NCBI GenBank assembly: GCA_033442325.1 | Contig: JAWQFM010000035.1 | Coordinates: 455,799-519,798, forward strand | Direction: 5' to 3' | Length of the DNA stretch: 64,000 nt | Source: Salpingoeca rosetta | Lineage: Eukaryota > Protista > Choanoflagellata | In this document: piece by piece, positions 15,541 to 27,355 of the stretch | Layout of the letters: each line of letters begins with the position of its first letter | How positions within the stretch are numbered: position 1 is the stretch's first letter | Notes under the pieces: generated by a model | Databases searched by the model: none | What the model was told of the DNA's origin: nothing | What the model saw: the letters and a program-made list of their open reading frames with translations, nothing else | Program-made: the position numbers and the translations under genes

Positions 15541-16561
15541 ATGGCGGATGAAGTGCAACGAGCAGTGGGGGAGAAGGAGATGACGCCGCAACATGGTGGA
15601 GTGGAGGGCGGGGAAGAGGAGACAGGCATGCCACAGGATGCTGTTCAAGCTACAGCAGTGACAGCTCAGGCAGAAGAAGCAGAAGAGGAGGAAGACGAGG
15701 AGGAAGAAGAGGAGGAGGCAGTGCAAGCCATCGCCGTGTCGTCATTCACTGCTGTGAGCGGCACGTCAGGGGCAGGCAGCAGACAGGAGGACACGCCAGG
15801 TACATCCACAACGATTGCACTGGCATCCACAGCGACATCCGCGTCTGCAATCACGGACCCAGCGGAGTCTGGATCCACTGCCACATCCGCGACAGCAACA
15901 ACAGCGTCGCTGCCGGCAAGAGGGGCGAGGAGCGCCTTTACCATGAGGGTTGGTGACGGTGCGCGAAATGACAGTGGTGATGATGGTGGTAATGATGATG
16001 ATGATGGCGACAGTGGTGGAGGTCATGGCAGTGGTGGTGACCACGGAGTCGGCGGCAGGGATGATGATGATGACGACGACGATGCCGATGATGATGATGA
16101 TGATGACGAGGAGGAGCATGCAGAGGCCATTGCGCGTGCAATAGCAACGCTGAAGCAGGTAGCAATAGTTATGATGTGGTGATGATGCCGTAGTGATGTG
16201 GTGGTGATGCCGTGGTGGTGTGGCGATGATAAGGTCGTGCTGGCAATCAGAAGTGTGTATTATGACCGACTTCCTCTCGGTTGCTCACGAATGTGTTGGA
16301 CGTCTGTTTGCTCTGTGTGCGCGATAGGGCTGGATTAATGAAAAGCTGGCGCCGGTGCTGCTGCCATATGAGCATAACGCAGTCCAGACGGCGATATACG
16401 AAATGAATGAACAGGTGTGTGTGGGGGGGATTGCATGTGTGTGCAAGTGTGCATGCGTGTGTGTGCATGAATTGAGGCAGCTCTTCTTTGCGGGCGCCCA
16501 CAGGGCACAGACGATCATGCATAATTGATACCACTGCCCATAACACACATGCACGCACGCC

Positions 16562-16619
<58 letters not shown>

Positions 16620-17518
16620 TACAGGATGAGGCATCGAGGGCGCAGACGTTTGAGGACACGGATGACAAGTTCATCTTTGAACTGTATCAGCTTGAGCTTG
16701 AGCGAATTCGCTTCATCGTCTCCTCCTACCTCCGCATCAGGCTCGTAAAGGTCAGACATGGCGTTTGTGCGTGTCTGTGTCAGTGTCTGTGTGCGAGCGT
16801 GTATGTACGTCTGTCTGTCTGTCCGTGTGTGTGTGTGTGTCTGTCTGCCTGTCTGTCTGTCTGTCTGTCTGTCTGTCTGCCTGCCTGTCTGTCTGTCTGT
16901 CTGCCTGCCTGTAACGACAAGCACCCACTGAATGCTTCTTGCTCACAAGCCACTCTTCTCTCCACACCATCGCGGGCAAACCCCGCTTCCCAATCCTCAT
17001 TTCTCACTCATGCTCACACGTGCTCCTCGCTGTATGTGCGCCTGTGCTCATCAGATTGAGCGGTATGCGCACCATCTCGTGTCGTCGCCTGAACACATGG
17101 CCACACTCAGCCCGCGCGAGCAGGAATACGTCAATGAGTCAGTAGACATGCAATCGAGAGTGGTCTTGTGCATGTGTGTGTGTCTGTCTGTCTGTGCGTG
17201 TCTGTGTCTGTGCGTGTCTGTCTGTGTGTGTGTGTGTGTCTGTGTCTGTGTGCGTGAATGTAAGTTTATGTGAGACTGCCTTCCTGCATGCTCCTGCCTC
17301 GTTTTCACCCATCACCCATCACCACCATCACCACCACCGTGTTCATGTGGTTCCGTCCTCTCCAGCTACGTAAAACTGCTTGACGACCACTTTACGCAAT
17401 CGTTTCTCAAGGACATCCCCGAGGGCGTGCGACCAGACAGAGAGGGCCAGCGAGGTGCGGTGATCAACAGGGGTAGAATGGGTGGATCTGAACGTGTGTG
17501 TGTGTGCGTGTGTGCGTG

Positions 17519-17611
<93 letters not shown>

Positions 17612-17643
17612 GCGTGTGCGTGTGTGTGTGTGTGTGCGCGCGC

Positions 17644-17697
<54 letters not shown>

Positions 17698-18246
17698 GCG
17701 TGTGCGTGTGTGTGTGTGTGTGTGTTCTTCAACTGCTACTTTCCACCCTTTCACGTGCCTCTACTGCCACAATCCTCACAAGCTCGAACGCATGCACACA
17801 CGCGCCCTCCCCCAACCCCAGTGACGACACCAAATGTGTCTGCGTATGTGTTCTGCCGGTTCGCTGCGGACGTCGGACAAATCAACGCAGGCGATGACCT
17901 CATGTACGCGAGAATGGAATGAGGGGGGGGGAGGCGGGATGGTGTTGTGGCTGTGTGGTGTTGTTACATGGGAGGCGTTTCGTCGTGTTTGCGTACTGCG
18001 CGTTTGCGTCTGCCACTTGAAAGGACACATTCCGCCGCACACACACGCACACACGCCACTCCTCCAATTTCGCTCCCCTCACCCACAACCACCGTCACCA
18101 TCATCGTCACCGCCACCACCACCACCACCGCCACCACTACGACCAACAGCCCGAGCAACATCGATACACACGAGGGCGACATTTATCTCCTGCGCTTTGA
18201 AACGATTCAGAATCTCGTCGAGTCAGGGCAGGTCCACCTCATCTGA
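15541..18246 (+). CDS. GINS4: GINS complex subunit Sld5, multi-exon, with a long acidic N-terminal extension
   Basis: Exon peptides [36 protein letters not shown]|[21 protein letters not shown] and [24 protein letters not shown]. Confidence 0.9.
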
Positions 18247-18325
18247 CACTCTTGTGTACATGTGTGTGTGCGTGTGTGTGTGTGCGTGCGTGCGTGTTTG
18301 TGTGTTTGTGTGTGTGTGTGTGTGT

Positions 18326-18362
<37 letters not shown>

Positions 18363-18569
18363 TGTGTGTTTGTGTGTGTGTGTGCGTGTGCACGCGCGCG
18401 CGTGCGTCTGCGTGTGTGTGCGCCATCTGTTGAATTCACAGTGTCACGTACACTTGCCCACCATAGCTCGCCTCTCCCCTTCCCCCCCCCATCTCCTCTT
18501 GTACACATTTGCGCCCATTTGTAAGCAAGCAGTAAACCACCACCATCACATCGCAACGAGAGAGAAAGT

Positions 18570-18641
<72 letters not shown>

Positions 18642-18947
18642 GTGTGTTGTCGCTCAGCAGAATGCAGGGCAGCATGAAGCTGTCATAAATGGCGTGTGAC
18701 CCCATGTGACGTGAGCCTTGAGAACGCACTGTGTATGTGTGTCATTGGACGAAGAGACGAACTTAGAGAGGGAAGAAAGACATTAGAGAGGGGTCGCGAG
18801 TGCAACAGGAACACACAACATCAAGCAGGTGCGCACGACACTGTGCAACATCATGCAAAAGAGTGTGAAGGATAGGCAAGATGTGATCAAGTGCTTGCAA
18901 GCAAGGGTATATTGTCTGCAAGCATGATTCTTTGGTGCCTGGGCTGA

Positions 18948-19389
18948 CTACTTTGCTGCTGACGCATACTGGAATTCGCCAGACGTCTCATGCTGTTCAC
19001 AAGATGGTTATGTGGAGGAGGGCATGAAGGGACGACGAGGTGAGAAACGAGCAAGCACGAGATGCAATCGAGCAACGACGCACGCAGAAGAGATGCAGGA
19101 GAATGGTATAGGAAAACGTACAGAAGCACACACATGTACGTAAACGGACGCATTGACACACACACACACATGAACAAACAAACTCACAAACAAACAAACA
19201 AATGCATGTAAACACACGCACGCATGTGCACACACACACATAAACAAACACACAGTACACGAACATGTTGGTGTTATTCTGACCTCGTGCATGTCGAGGG
19301 CGACGATGCAGGACTCACGGACTACGCGTGACGAGTCACCGGCAAACGCCTTAAGCACAGGCAGGCACTGGACACATTGGGGTACAGTT

Positions 19390-19459
<70 letters not shown>

Positions 19460-19648
19460 CGGCACTTCGCGACTGAAGACGCGGGTGGTATCGAGTACAG
19501 GGGACAAGGATCGCTAAGGAGGCAGTTGAACTGTTAATGGACTGGTGGCAGTGATCTGTAGATCAGCACTGCAGTGCCAGGTCATACGGCGCCCGCTTCC
19601 GAGGGGATTACCTGACACACACACACACACACGCACACACACATGCAT

Positions 19649-19686
<38 letters not shown>

Positions 19687-20127
19687 GCACAGACATGCGC
19701 ACCACCATGAGTGAAGGGGTTAGGCGGTGTGATGATGGCAGGGAGCAAACACTCACACTCACACGCACGTGACAATCTGTACAGAGATGTCACACCCGCA
19801 GCAATGGAACGTACATAAGCACCATCAACAAGAAACCCATCAACAACAACAACAACAGCGACCCATCAACAACAACAACAGCATGTCATCATCGTCTGAC
19901 ATCACCACCTTGTCGTGTGCGATGGATCCGAGCGCCTCTGCGCACTCGTGTCGCACCATGTAGTTTTCGGCACCGTCCTCAAGCCGCTGGTGGTGTGTGT
20001 ACATGTAAATGTATGTGTGAATGTGTGCATGTGTGCGAATGTATGTGTGAATGTGTGTGTGTGTGTGTTAATGCACGTGTGTGTGTGTGTGTGTGTGTGT
20101 GCATGTGTGTGTGTGTGTGCGTGTGTG

Positions 20128-20197
<70 letters not shown>

Positions 20198-20353
20198 CGT
20201 CGCCTCACCGCCTTGAGGCCCTCGATGGCGGCCGGGTGCTGCAACTGGCCCAACACATACCCTGACCAGGGCGAAATTCGAGTTCACAGCGTTGGACAAG
20301 GACAAGGCATCGGTGAGTAAGTGCACCCACGAATTAATTCACACACGCACACA

Positions 20354-20388
<35 letters not shown>

Positions 20389-21368
20389 GCACACTCACAC
20401 TCACTCACCCACTCACTCACTCACCCACTCACTCACCCACTCACTTACTCACTCACTCACTTACTCACTCACTCACTTAACTCTCGCCTCTCGCAACCAC
20501 ATTCCCCTCCCACATCCTGACCGAGTTCATGTCTGAAGAGGGCGCTCTTGTCTTGAAATCCGTCGACAATCGCCTTAACAGCATCCTCACTGCCAATATT
20601 GCGCAGCGCAAACAGCGCCCTGGTGGGGGAAGGTGGAAGCGGGAGGTTGAGATGGGTTAGGAGGGGATGGGTAGGTGCATGGCTGGAGGGAAACCAATTG
20701 GTACTGGCATGACAAAATCCTCCAACCTCTTACCAACACAACACAGCACACTCCACAGAACACCCCAGCAACACCACACACCACCGCAATATTACAGCAA
20801 CACCAACACAACACACGACACCTGTATCGCTCAAAGAGCGGCTTGGATGTGTCGAGGAGCGTGGCCCTGAGGTCTGGGATGGGTGTGTCTTCCGGCGCTG
20901 CGGGTGCAGGATCAACAGACAGAAACTTGGCGTCTCTGCACGCATGCACCGATGGATTGGAAGAAATGGGTGCATTGGATTGGATTGGATTGGATTGGAT
21001 GGTGGTGTTGAGGGGTGATATGAGTGATAGTGCGAGTGAGTGAGTGGTGGTGAGGGGTGATGTGAGTGACAATGGTGTGGTTGTGGTGGTGGGAAGGAGG
21101 GTGGTCACCGATTTCCGGCCGTTTCGCATGCCCAACATGTAATGCAAGCTGTAACTTCAGTGTTCAGTGTTCCCACCCCACCACCAACCATCACCAACCA
21201 ACCATCACCCACCCCACTGTTGGCTTACGCTGTGGGCGCCTCGTTCTTCTGCTGCTGGAACCGAATGCGATCGGCCGCAATCTGGCGGTGGTGGTGGTGG
21301 TGGTGGTGGTGGTGGCGGTTGTAACGTGTTGGTGGGAGGGTCATGGAGAGGGCGAGGACGTAAGAGAA

Positions 21369-21456
<88 letters not shown>

Positions 21457-22534
21457 CTTCAAAAATCATCGCGACTACCACTGCCACCACCCACCACGCA
21501 TCCCTATTGCCACCACCATTGTCGCACCTGGCACGTCTCTGAGATCTCGGGCTGGGGCGCATCGGTGTATTCGAGGAGGAGGTCGAGTGACGCTGGGTTG
21601 CCAATCGCTCCAAGTGCCTCGGCCGCTTCGTGTCGCACCATCACATCCTGCTGCTCGTCCTCCAGCACTTTGGACAGATATGGCAGTGCCACGTCGTCCT
21701 GCATCTGCCCGAGGCAATATGCGCACTCGTGCTTCAGCAGCGCAGACTCGTCCTCAAAGCCTTGAGCGTGTGAAGGAGGCGGGAAGGGGTGGGTGATTGG
21801 ATGTTTGACGTTGGTATTGTGTGGTGGGAGCCTCGGGATGTGGGCAACATCAACTCACCACACACATGCACACATGCACACGGGTTCACATGCACACGGC
21901 TTCACAGTCACTCACAATCACTCGCATGCACAAACACACATAGCCACACACGCAGACACACGCATGCACACATACATGCACACACACGCACAACACAAAC
22001 ACAAACACGCACACGCACACGCACACGCACGCTGCACACACACGTACAACTGTCCACTTCTTACATTGGTTGATGAGCTCGATGGAGCGCTGACCGCCGA
22101 GGTTGCGGAGGGCAAACAGGGCGCGGAAGCGGTCCTTCAAGGGCCTGAACAGGGAGGAACGAGCGTGAACACACGTGCGTGCATTCTTGCATGCACGTCG
22201 ATCCACGTACATACAACAAACACGCATGCACATGTGTGTGTGTGTGTGTGTGTGTCGTGCTTACGCCTTGACGTCCACGAGGATCTTGCCCTCTGCCAAT
22301 GAAGATGCAGTACAATGAGCAAATACAGTGGGTGAGGTCAATGAAGTACGCAACACAAGCACACAACACAAGCAAGCAGCGACCTGTGGGCGCCACGCGT
22401 ACGCACGTCCAAACACACGCACGTCCAAACGCACACGTCCAAACACACACACACGTGCACACACGCACGTCCAAACACACACACTAGTTGAACGCACCGG
22501 CTTCGATGAGGTTTGCCTGCTCTTCTGGACTCAT
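18948..22534 (-). CDS. DOHH: Deoxyhypusine hydroxylase, multi-exon
   Basis: [51 protein letters not shown]|[40 protein letters not shown], and terminal exon [14 protein letters not shown] (TAG 18948-18950). All four HE motifs present. Confidence 0.95.
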
Positions 22535-22647
22535 GCTGCTCACACAGGCACAAAAACACAACAACCAGCGGCGGCCAAAGATGAGGACACAGACACACTC
22601 CAATGCAACACACAGCACAATACTCACCTTCCCCATTCCCCTCCGCA

Positions 22648-22763
<116 letters not shown>

Positions 22764-22807
22764 ACAAACACACACAAACACACACACACACGCACACGCA
22801 TGCAGTG

Positions 22808-24094
22808 TCAGCAGCCGGGGTCAATGATAAGGACAGCGTCGGCATTGTGCGGTACGCCATAGATGAGACCATTTGGAGCCAGCACACCCGCGAACCACTT
22901 CATTGAACCCTCCGGTACAGCCAGCGTCGACGTGTCTGCCGTCCCGGTGGCAGGATCAATGAGGAGCACGGCTGTCACTGATGCAGGAATGCCCACGACG
23001 AGGCCGTTGCTTGTAAGCACACCGCCGTGCCAAGAGATGCCTCCAGCCAAGTTGGAAAATGTCGTCGCTTCAGCGGTGTTGGTGCTCGGATCAATGACAA
23101 GCGCAGCATGGATGACAAACGGGATGCAGTAGATCAGGCCGTTGTTTGCCAGCACAGCACCACCCCACTTTCGGGAGCCAGAAAGCGGGCTCGGGATGCT
23201 CGTCGTGTCTGCCGTGTTGGTCACAGGGTCGATGATGAGCACGCTGGATGCAGAGGTGGGGGCCGCGTAGATCAGGCCGTTGGGCGCTTGCACGCCACCT
23301 TGCCACTTCTCACGGTTGGCGGTTAGCCCCTGAATCGAGGTTGTGTCCGTTGTGTTGGCCGCCGGGTCGATGATGAGCACGGCTGGTGCAGACCAGGGGA
23401 CGCCATAGATGAGGCCATTGTCGGCCAGTACACAGCTGAAATATTTGCCACCACTCGAGGACAGGCCAGAGATGGTGGTTGTGTCGGCGGTGTTCGTTGT
23501 GGGGTCGATGACAAGTACGGATGTTGCTGTGAACGGTACACCGTAGATGAGGCCGTTGTCGCCAAGCACGCCGGCACCCCACTTTGAGGTGTCAGTTGGA
23601 AAGCCGCCCATTGTCGTGTCATCCACTCCGTTGGTGCTTGGGTCAAGGATGACGATGGAGGAAGCACTGAACGGAATGAAATAGATGAGGCCGTTTGTGG
23701 CCAAGACACCATCCGACCACTTGAATGTTGACGTGGTGCCGAGCCCCGTGATGGTTGTGGTGTCCACGGTCGGTGGTGTGATGTCGCACAGCTGGCGGTC
23801 CAAGGAGCTCAGCTGCCGTGCTTGGTTCGTGTTCACGCGATCCAGGTCTCGCAACATGCTCTGCTGCTCTTGTATCAGCTCAAACGTCTCCGCCACGTTC
23901 ACCCCATTCACAAACACAGCCGCCGGCTGCTGCTGCTTGTGCTGCTCCTGTGGATGGGTGGTGTTGATGTGGAACGCACCGTGCTCATCTTCTTCCAGCA
24001 CCACCTCCGCACCAACAAAGAAGACGAGGAAGATGTGGACGCCAAGCAAGAGGCAAAGCTGTGCCAGCAACAACAGTGGCGCCCTCAGCCTCAT
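22808..24094 (-). CDS. Secreted 7-bladed beta-propeller protein, paralogue 1 (signal peptide, short beta-rich cap, coiled coil, 7 repeats); intronless
   Basis: 428-aa ORF with a hydrophobic leader, EVVLEEDEHGAFHINT, VFVNGVNV and a heptad stretch, then 7 x KWxGGVLAxNGLIYGxP..A..VLIIDP.T.T.DTT; ends DPGC. Confidence 0.85.
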   Translation of the reverse strand: MRLRAPLLLLAQLCLLLGVHIFLVFFVGAEVVLEEDEHGAFHINTTHPQEQHKQQQPAAVFVNGVNVAETFELIQEQQSMLRDLDRVNTNQARQLSSLDRQLCDITPPTVDTTTITGLGTTSTFKWSDGVLATNGLIYFIPFSASSIVILDPSTNGVDDTTMGGFPTDTSKWGAGVLGDNGLIYGVPFTATSVLVIDPTTNTADTTTISGLSSSGGKYFSCVLADNGLIYGVPWSAPAVLIIDPAANTTDTTSIQGLTANREKWQGGVQAPNGLIYAAPTSASSVLIIDPVTNTADTTSIPSPLSGSRKWGGAVLANNGLIYCIPFVIHAALVIDPSTNTAEATTFSNLAGGISWHGGVLTSNGLVVGIPASVTAVLLIDPATGTADTSTLAVPEGSMKWFAGVLAPNGLIYGVPHNADAVLIIDPGC

Positions 24095-24391
24095 CGTATT
24101 GATCAGCCGCTCCGATCGACCGTCTTGGGTTGATTTGCTTCAGTGCTTCGCGACGCTACGACCCATAAACAGGTCCAAAACACGCGCACGCAAACAACTG
24201 ACTTCAGTCGACATGGAAATGCGTCATTCCGTGCATTTACACAGCCATCACACGCGCCCCTTGTTACACTTGTTACAAGTGTTTGTAGGGCCATTTTTTT
24301 GTTTTTCAAGACAGCAAGACAGTGAGACAGCGCAACCCAAGCCCAGCAGCGACCCACAACCACCAAACGAACAAGCACCAAGAAGCAAACC

Positions 24392-25963
24392 ATGCCACCA
24401 CACCGGGTGTTCATCTCGCTGCGCTTCAGCGAGGCCATGGAGGAGAGCGAAGCCCTGAAGAAGGCGTTGGACAAGCGGGGCGTGCCCACGTTCCTGTGCG
24501 CCGTTTCCTCTGGCGACAGCATCGCCGACGCCGTGATCGAGGCCATCGACGAGTGCGAGCTGGTGGTGATCATGGGCACGCACACGTACGGCGAGAAGAC
24601 GGACAGCAAGTTCAGCTCGCGCGAGGAGCTCGAGTTCATCATCAACGACGAGAAGCCGTTCTTCCTGGTGAAGATGTGCGACCGCTTCAAGCACGCCAAG
24701 ACGCGCTTCTGGCTTCCGCCCACCATCGCCTACCACCCATGGCAGCCGCAGGGTGCCGAGCGCTCCGCTCCGCCAGACGAGCTTGTGGACGCCATCATCG
24801 CCAAGCTCAAGGACGTGACCGGCGTCGGTTCACCAGTGAAGCTGCAGCAACCACAATCAACTAGCTCAGCGTCCTCTTCCCAAGTTCATGGGGTGCGTGC
24901 AGTCAGTGGCGGTAGTGCTGAGGACGCCGTGCGCAAGCTGCAGACCAACGGCCGTAGCATGCACGCGGCTGAGATTGTGCAGTTGATGCAGGCGTTTCCC
25001 GCCTCTGCTGACGTGCAACGTTTTGCCTGCAAGGTACTGGAAGGCCAGGCAATGGACGGTGAGCCAAAGCGTGTGGAGGCGGTTGCATCCGGCGCCATCG
25101 ACGCAATCATCAAGGCGATGAAGATGCACAGCAGCAACGGCTCTGTGCAAAAGAATGGGTGTGGTGCGCTGCAGAACCTGGCAGTGAACGACGACAACGC
25201 GGTAGCGATTGCGTCAAAGGGCGGGATTGATGTTGTGGTTGCGGCGATGAAGATGCACAACAGCAACGGCTCTGTGCAAAAGAATGGGTGTGGTGCGCTG
25301 CAGAACCTGGCAGTGAACGATGACAACGACGTTGCGATCGCGTCAAAGGGTGGGATTGATGCTGTGATTGCGGCGATGAAGTTGCACAACAGCAACGGTG
25401 GTGTGCAAGAGCAAGGGTGTGGTGCGTTGTGGAGCCTGGCAATGAACGACGACAACAGGGTGGTGATTGGATTGAAGGGTGGGATTGATGCTGTGATCGC
25501 GGCGATGAAGACGCACAGCAGCAACGGTGGTGTGCAAGAGAATGGGTGTGCTGCGCTGCGAAACCTGGCAATGAACGACGACAACAAGGCTGCGATTGGA
25601 TTGAATGGTGGGATTGATGCTGTGATTGCGGCGATGAACAGCCACACCAGCAACGTCGGTGTGCAAGAGCAAGGGTGTGCTGCGCTGGGGAACCTGGCAT
25701 ACAACAATGATGACAACAAGGCTGCGGTTGGATTGAATGGTGGGATTGATGCTGTGATTGCGGCGATGAAGAACTACACCAACAAAGGCGATGTGCAAGA
25801 GAGTGGGTGTAATGCACTTGTAGTCATCGCATCTCACCCTGGCTTGAGCGATCACCTTCGTTCCGAAAACGTGTCTCTCCTCGCCAGACAGGCCAAGGAG
25901 AACCACCCAAGCAACCGTGGTGTGCAGCAACAGGCAGACCGCTTGCTCAGCAAGCTTGCCTGA
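24392..25963 (+). CDS. TIR-domain + armadillo-repeat protein; intronless
   Basis: N-terminal TIR pattern (RVFISLR..L...GV.TFL..GD.I...I..C.LVVI.GT.TY...S.EELEF..KPFFLV) with Glu at the catalytic-type position. C-terminal 43-aa ARM repeats (VQxxGCxALxNLAxNDDNxxxIxxxGGIDAVIAAM). Confidence 0.88.
   Translation: MPPHRVFISLRFSEAMEESEALKKALDKRGVPTFLCAVSSGDSIADAVIEAIDECELVVIMGTHTYGEKTDSKFSSREELEFIINDEKPFFLVKMCDRFKHAKTRFWLPPTIAYHPWQPQGAERSAPPDELVDAIIAKLKDVTGVGSPVKLQQPQSTSSASSSQVHGVRAVSGGSAEDAVRKLQTNGRSMHAAEIVQLMQAFPASADVQRFACKVLEGQAMDGEPKRVEAVASGAIDAIIKAMKMHSSNGSVQKNGCGALQNLAVNDDNAVAIASKGGIDVVVAAMKMHNSNGSVQKNGCGALQNLAVNDDNDVAIASKGGIDAVIAAMKLHNSNGGVQEQGCGALWSLAMNDDNRVVIGLKGGIDAVIAAMKTHSSNGGVQENGCAALRNLAMNDDNKAAIGLNGGIDAVIAAMNSHTSNVGVQEQGCAALGNLAYNNDDNKAAVGLNGGIDAVIAAMKNYTNKGDVQESGCNALVVIASHPGLSDHLRSENVSLLARQAKENHPSNRGVQQQADRLLSKLA
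25118..25830 (+). repeat. Coding tandem repeat, 129-bp unit, ~5.5 copies (ARM repeats)
   Basis: Repeat starts (GCG ATG AA) at 25118, 25247, 25376, 25505, 25634 and 25766; DNA-level similarity is obvious by eye. Confidence 0.9.
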
Positions 25964-26787
25964 CCCTCTTCCGAACCCCTGCTCCCTTCTGATGTTTTCT
26001 GCGTTTCCTGTTGCTTGCCCTGCCTCCACATCTCGCCTTGTGTTTGTGTCTCCATGTCACCTCGTTTCGCCATCACCACCATCATGATCACATTCGTGTC
26101 CACAACACGTCCAGTTCCGGCTTTGCTTGATGAGGGAGCTGTCTTGCCCTTGCTTGCTTGAATTCGTTTGGTGTCTACTTTCTTGCAGACTTGTTTCGGT
26201 CGCTTGTTTGTTCGTTCGTTCATGTGCTCTTCGTTCACTGGTTCATGCACATCGGTTGCATCAACCCAGTAGTAACCATCAACAACAAACACATGCACAC
26301 ACACGAGTTCAACCGCATACCCATTTTCACTGCAACTGCTATGGGAGGAGAGAGGTTGCAGACGTTCTGTGACATCAACGAAAGCAACACACAAGGACCA
26401 AACCACGACCGAACAACCACTCTTGAGCTACCGCTACGCAATCAACAACTGTGACACTCGTTGCGCACATGTTCTCTTATTTCACTCACAGAAAGCAACG
26501 TGCACGTGCCATCCCCGCCTCCACCCTTCCTTTCTGCCTGCCACCAGCACCACCACCACCACCACGACAACGACGACGACCACCACTACCATGACAACGA
26601 CGACCACCACCACCACTACGACCACTACGACCACCACCACCACCACCACCATGACAACGACGACGACCACCACCACTACGACCACGACAACGACCACATC
26701 AACCCCACCCTTCTCCAACCCTTTGATCCATCTGCCTGCCTCCCTCACACCTCACACCACACACCACCTTCTTCTGCAGTTGTCCAA

Positions 26788-27093
26788 TCACACAATTGCA
26801 AACTTGCGTGCGCCGCCTGTGCCGCTGCTTGTGGACTGCACACGTGCACGTGGCTCACCCTGCGGGCTTGTCATCATGGTCCCCGCGTGTGCTGTGGTGG
26901 TCGCACCGCCAGCGACAAACGCGCTGACGGGCATGTTGTCGTAGAAGGAGAGGGGCCGGTTGCCCTGCTGTGACGACGTCGACACCGTGTTGCTGCGAGA
27001 CCGCACGCTCTGGCGCATGAACTTGCCGCGACTTGGCTGGCGCGCTCGCACACTCCGCTTGCTGCGCATGCTCGCATACCGGTTCACGCGTGC
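26788..27093 (-). pseudogene. Orphan terminal exon of an unrelated gene, now downstream of propeller paralogue 2
   Basis: GT donor at 27348, (GT)n intron, CAG acceptor at 27094, then a 101-codon basic/Ser-rich open frame to a stop. The upstream exon remnant (QLVVDDL) overlaps the propeller stop in another frame. Confidence 0.5.
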
Positions 27094-27280
27094 CTGCACA
27101 TGGGTGGGTAGTGGTGGTGGTGATAGTGGTTGGTGAGCGAATGACACGGACACAAGGAAGGTCATGCAAAGCCGGTGGTGTTGACAGAGAAGGTGGACCA
27201 GAACGAGCTCAACACAGTCAGGCAAAGAGACAGACAGAGACACACATACACAAATGTACACACACACACACACACGCACG

Positions 27281-27315
<35 letters not shown>

Positions 27316-27355
27316 TCACACACACACACACATGCATGCGCCACGCACCAGATCA

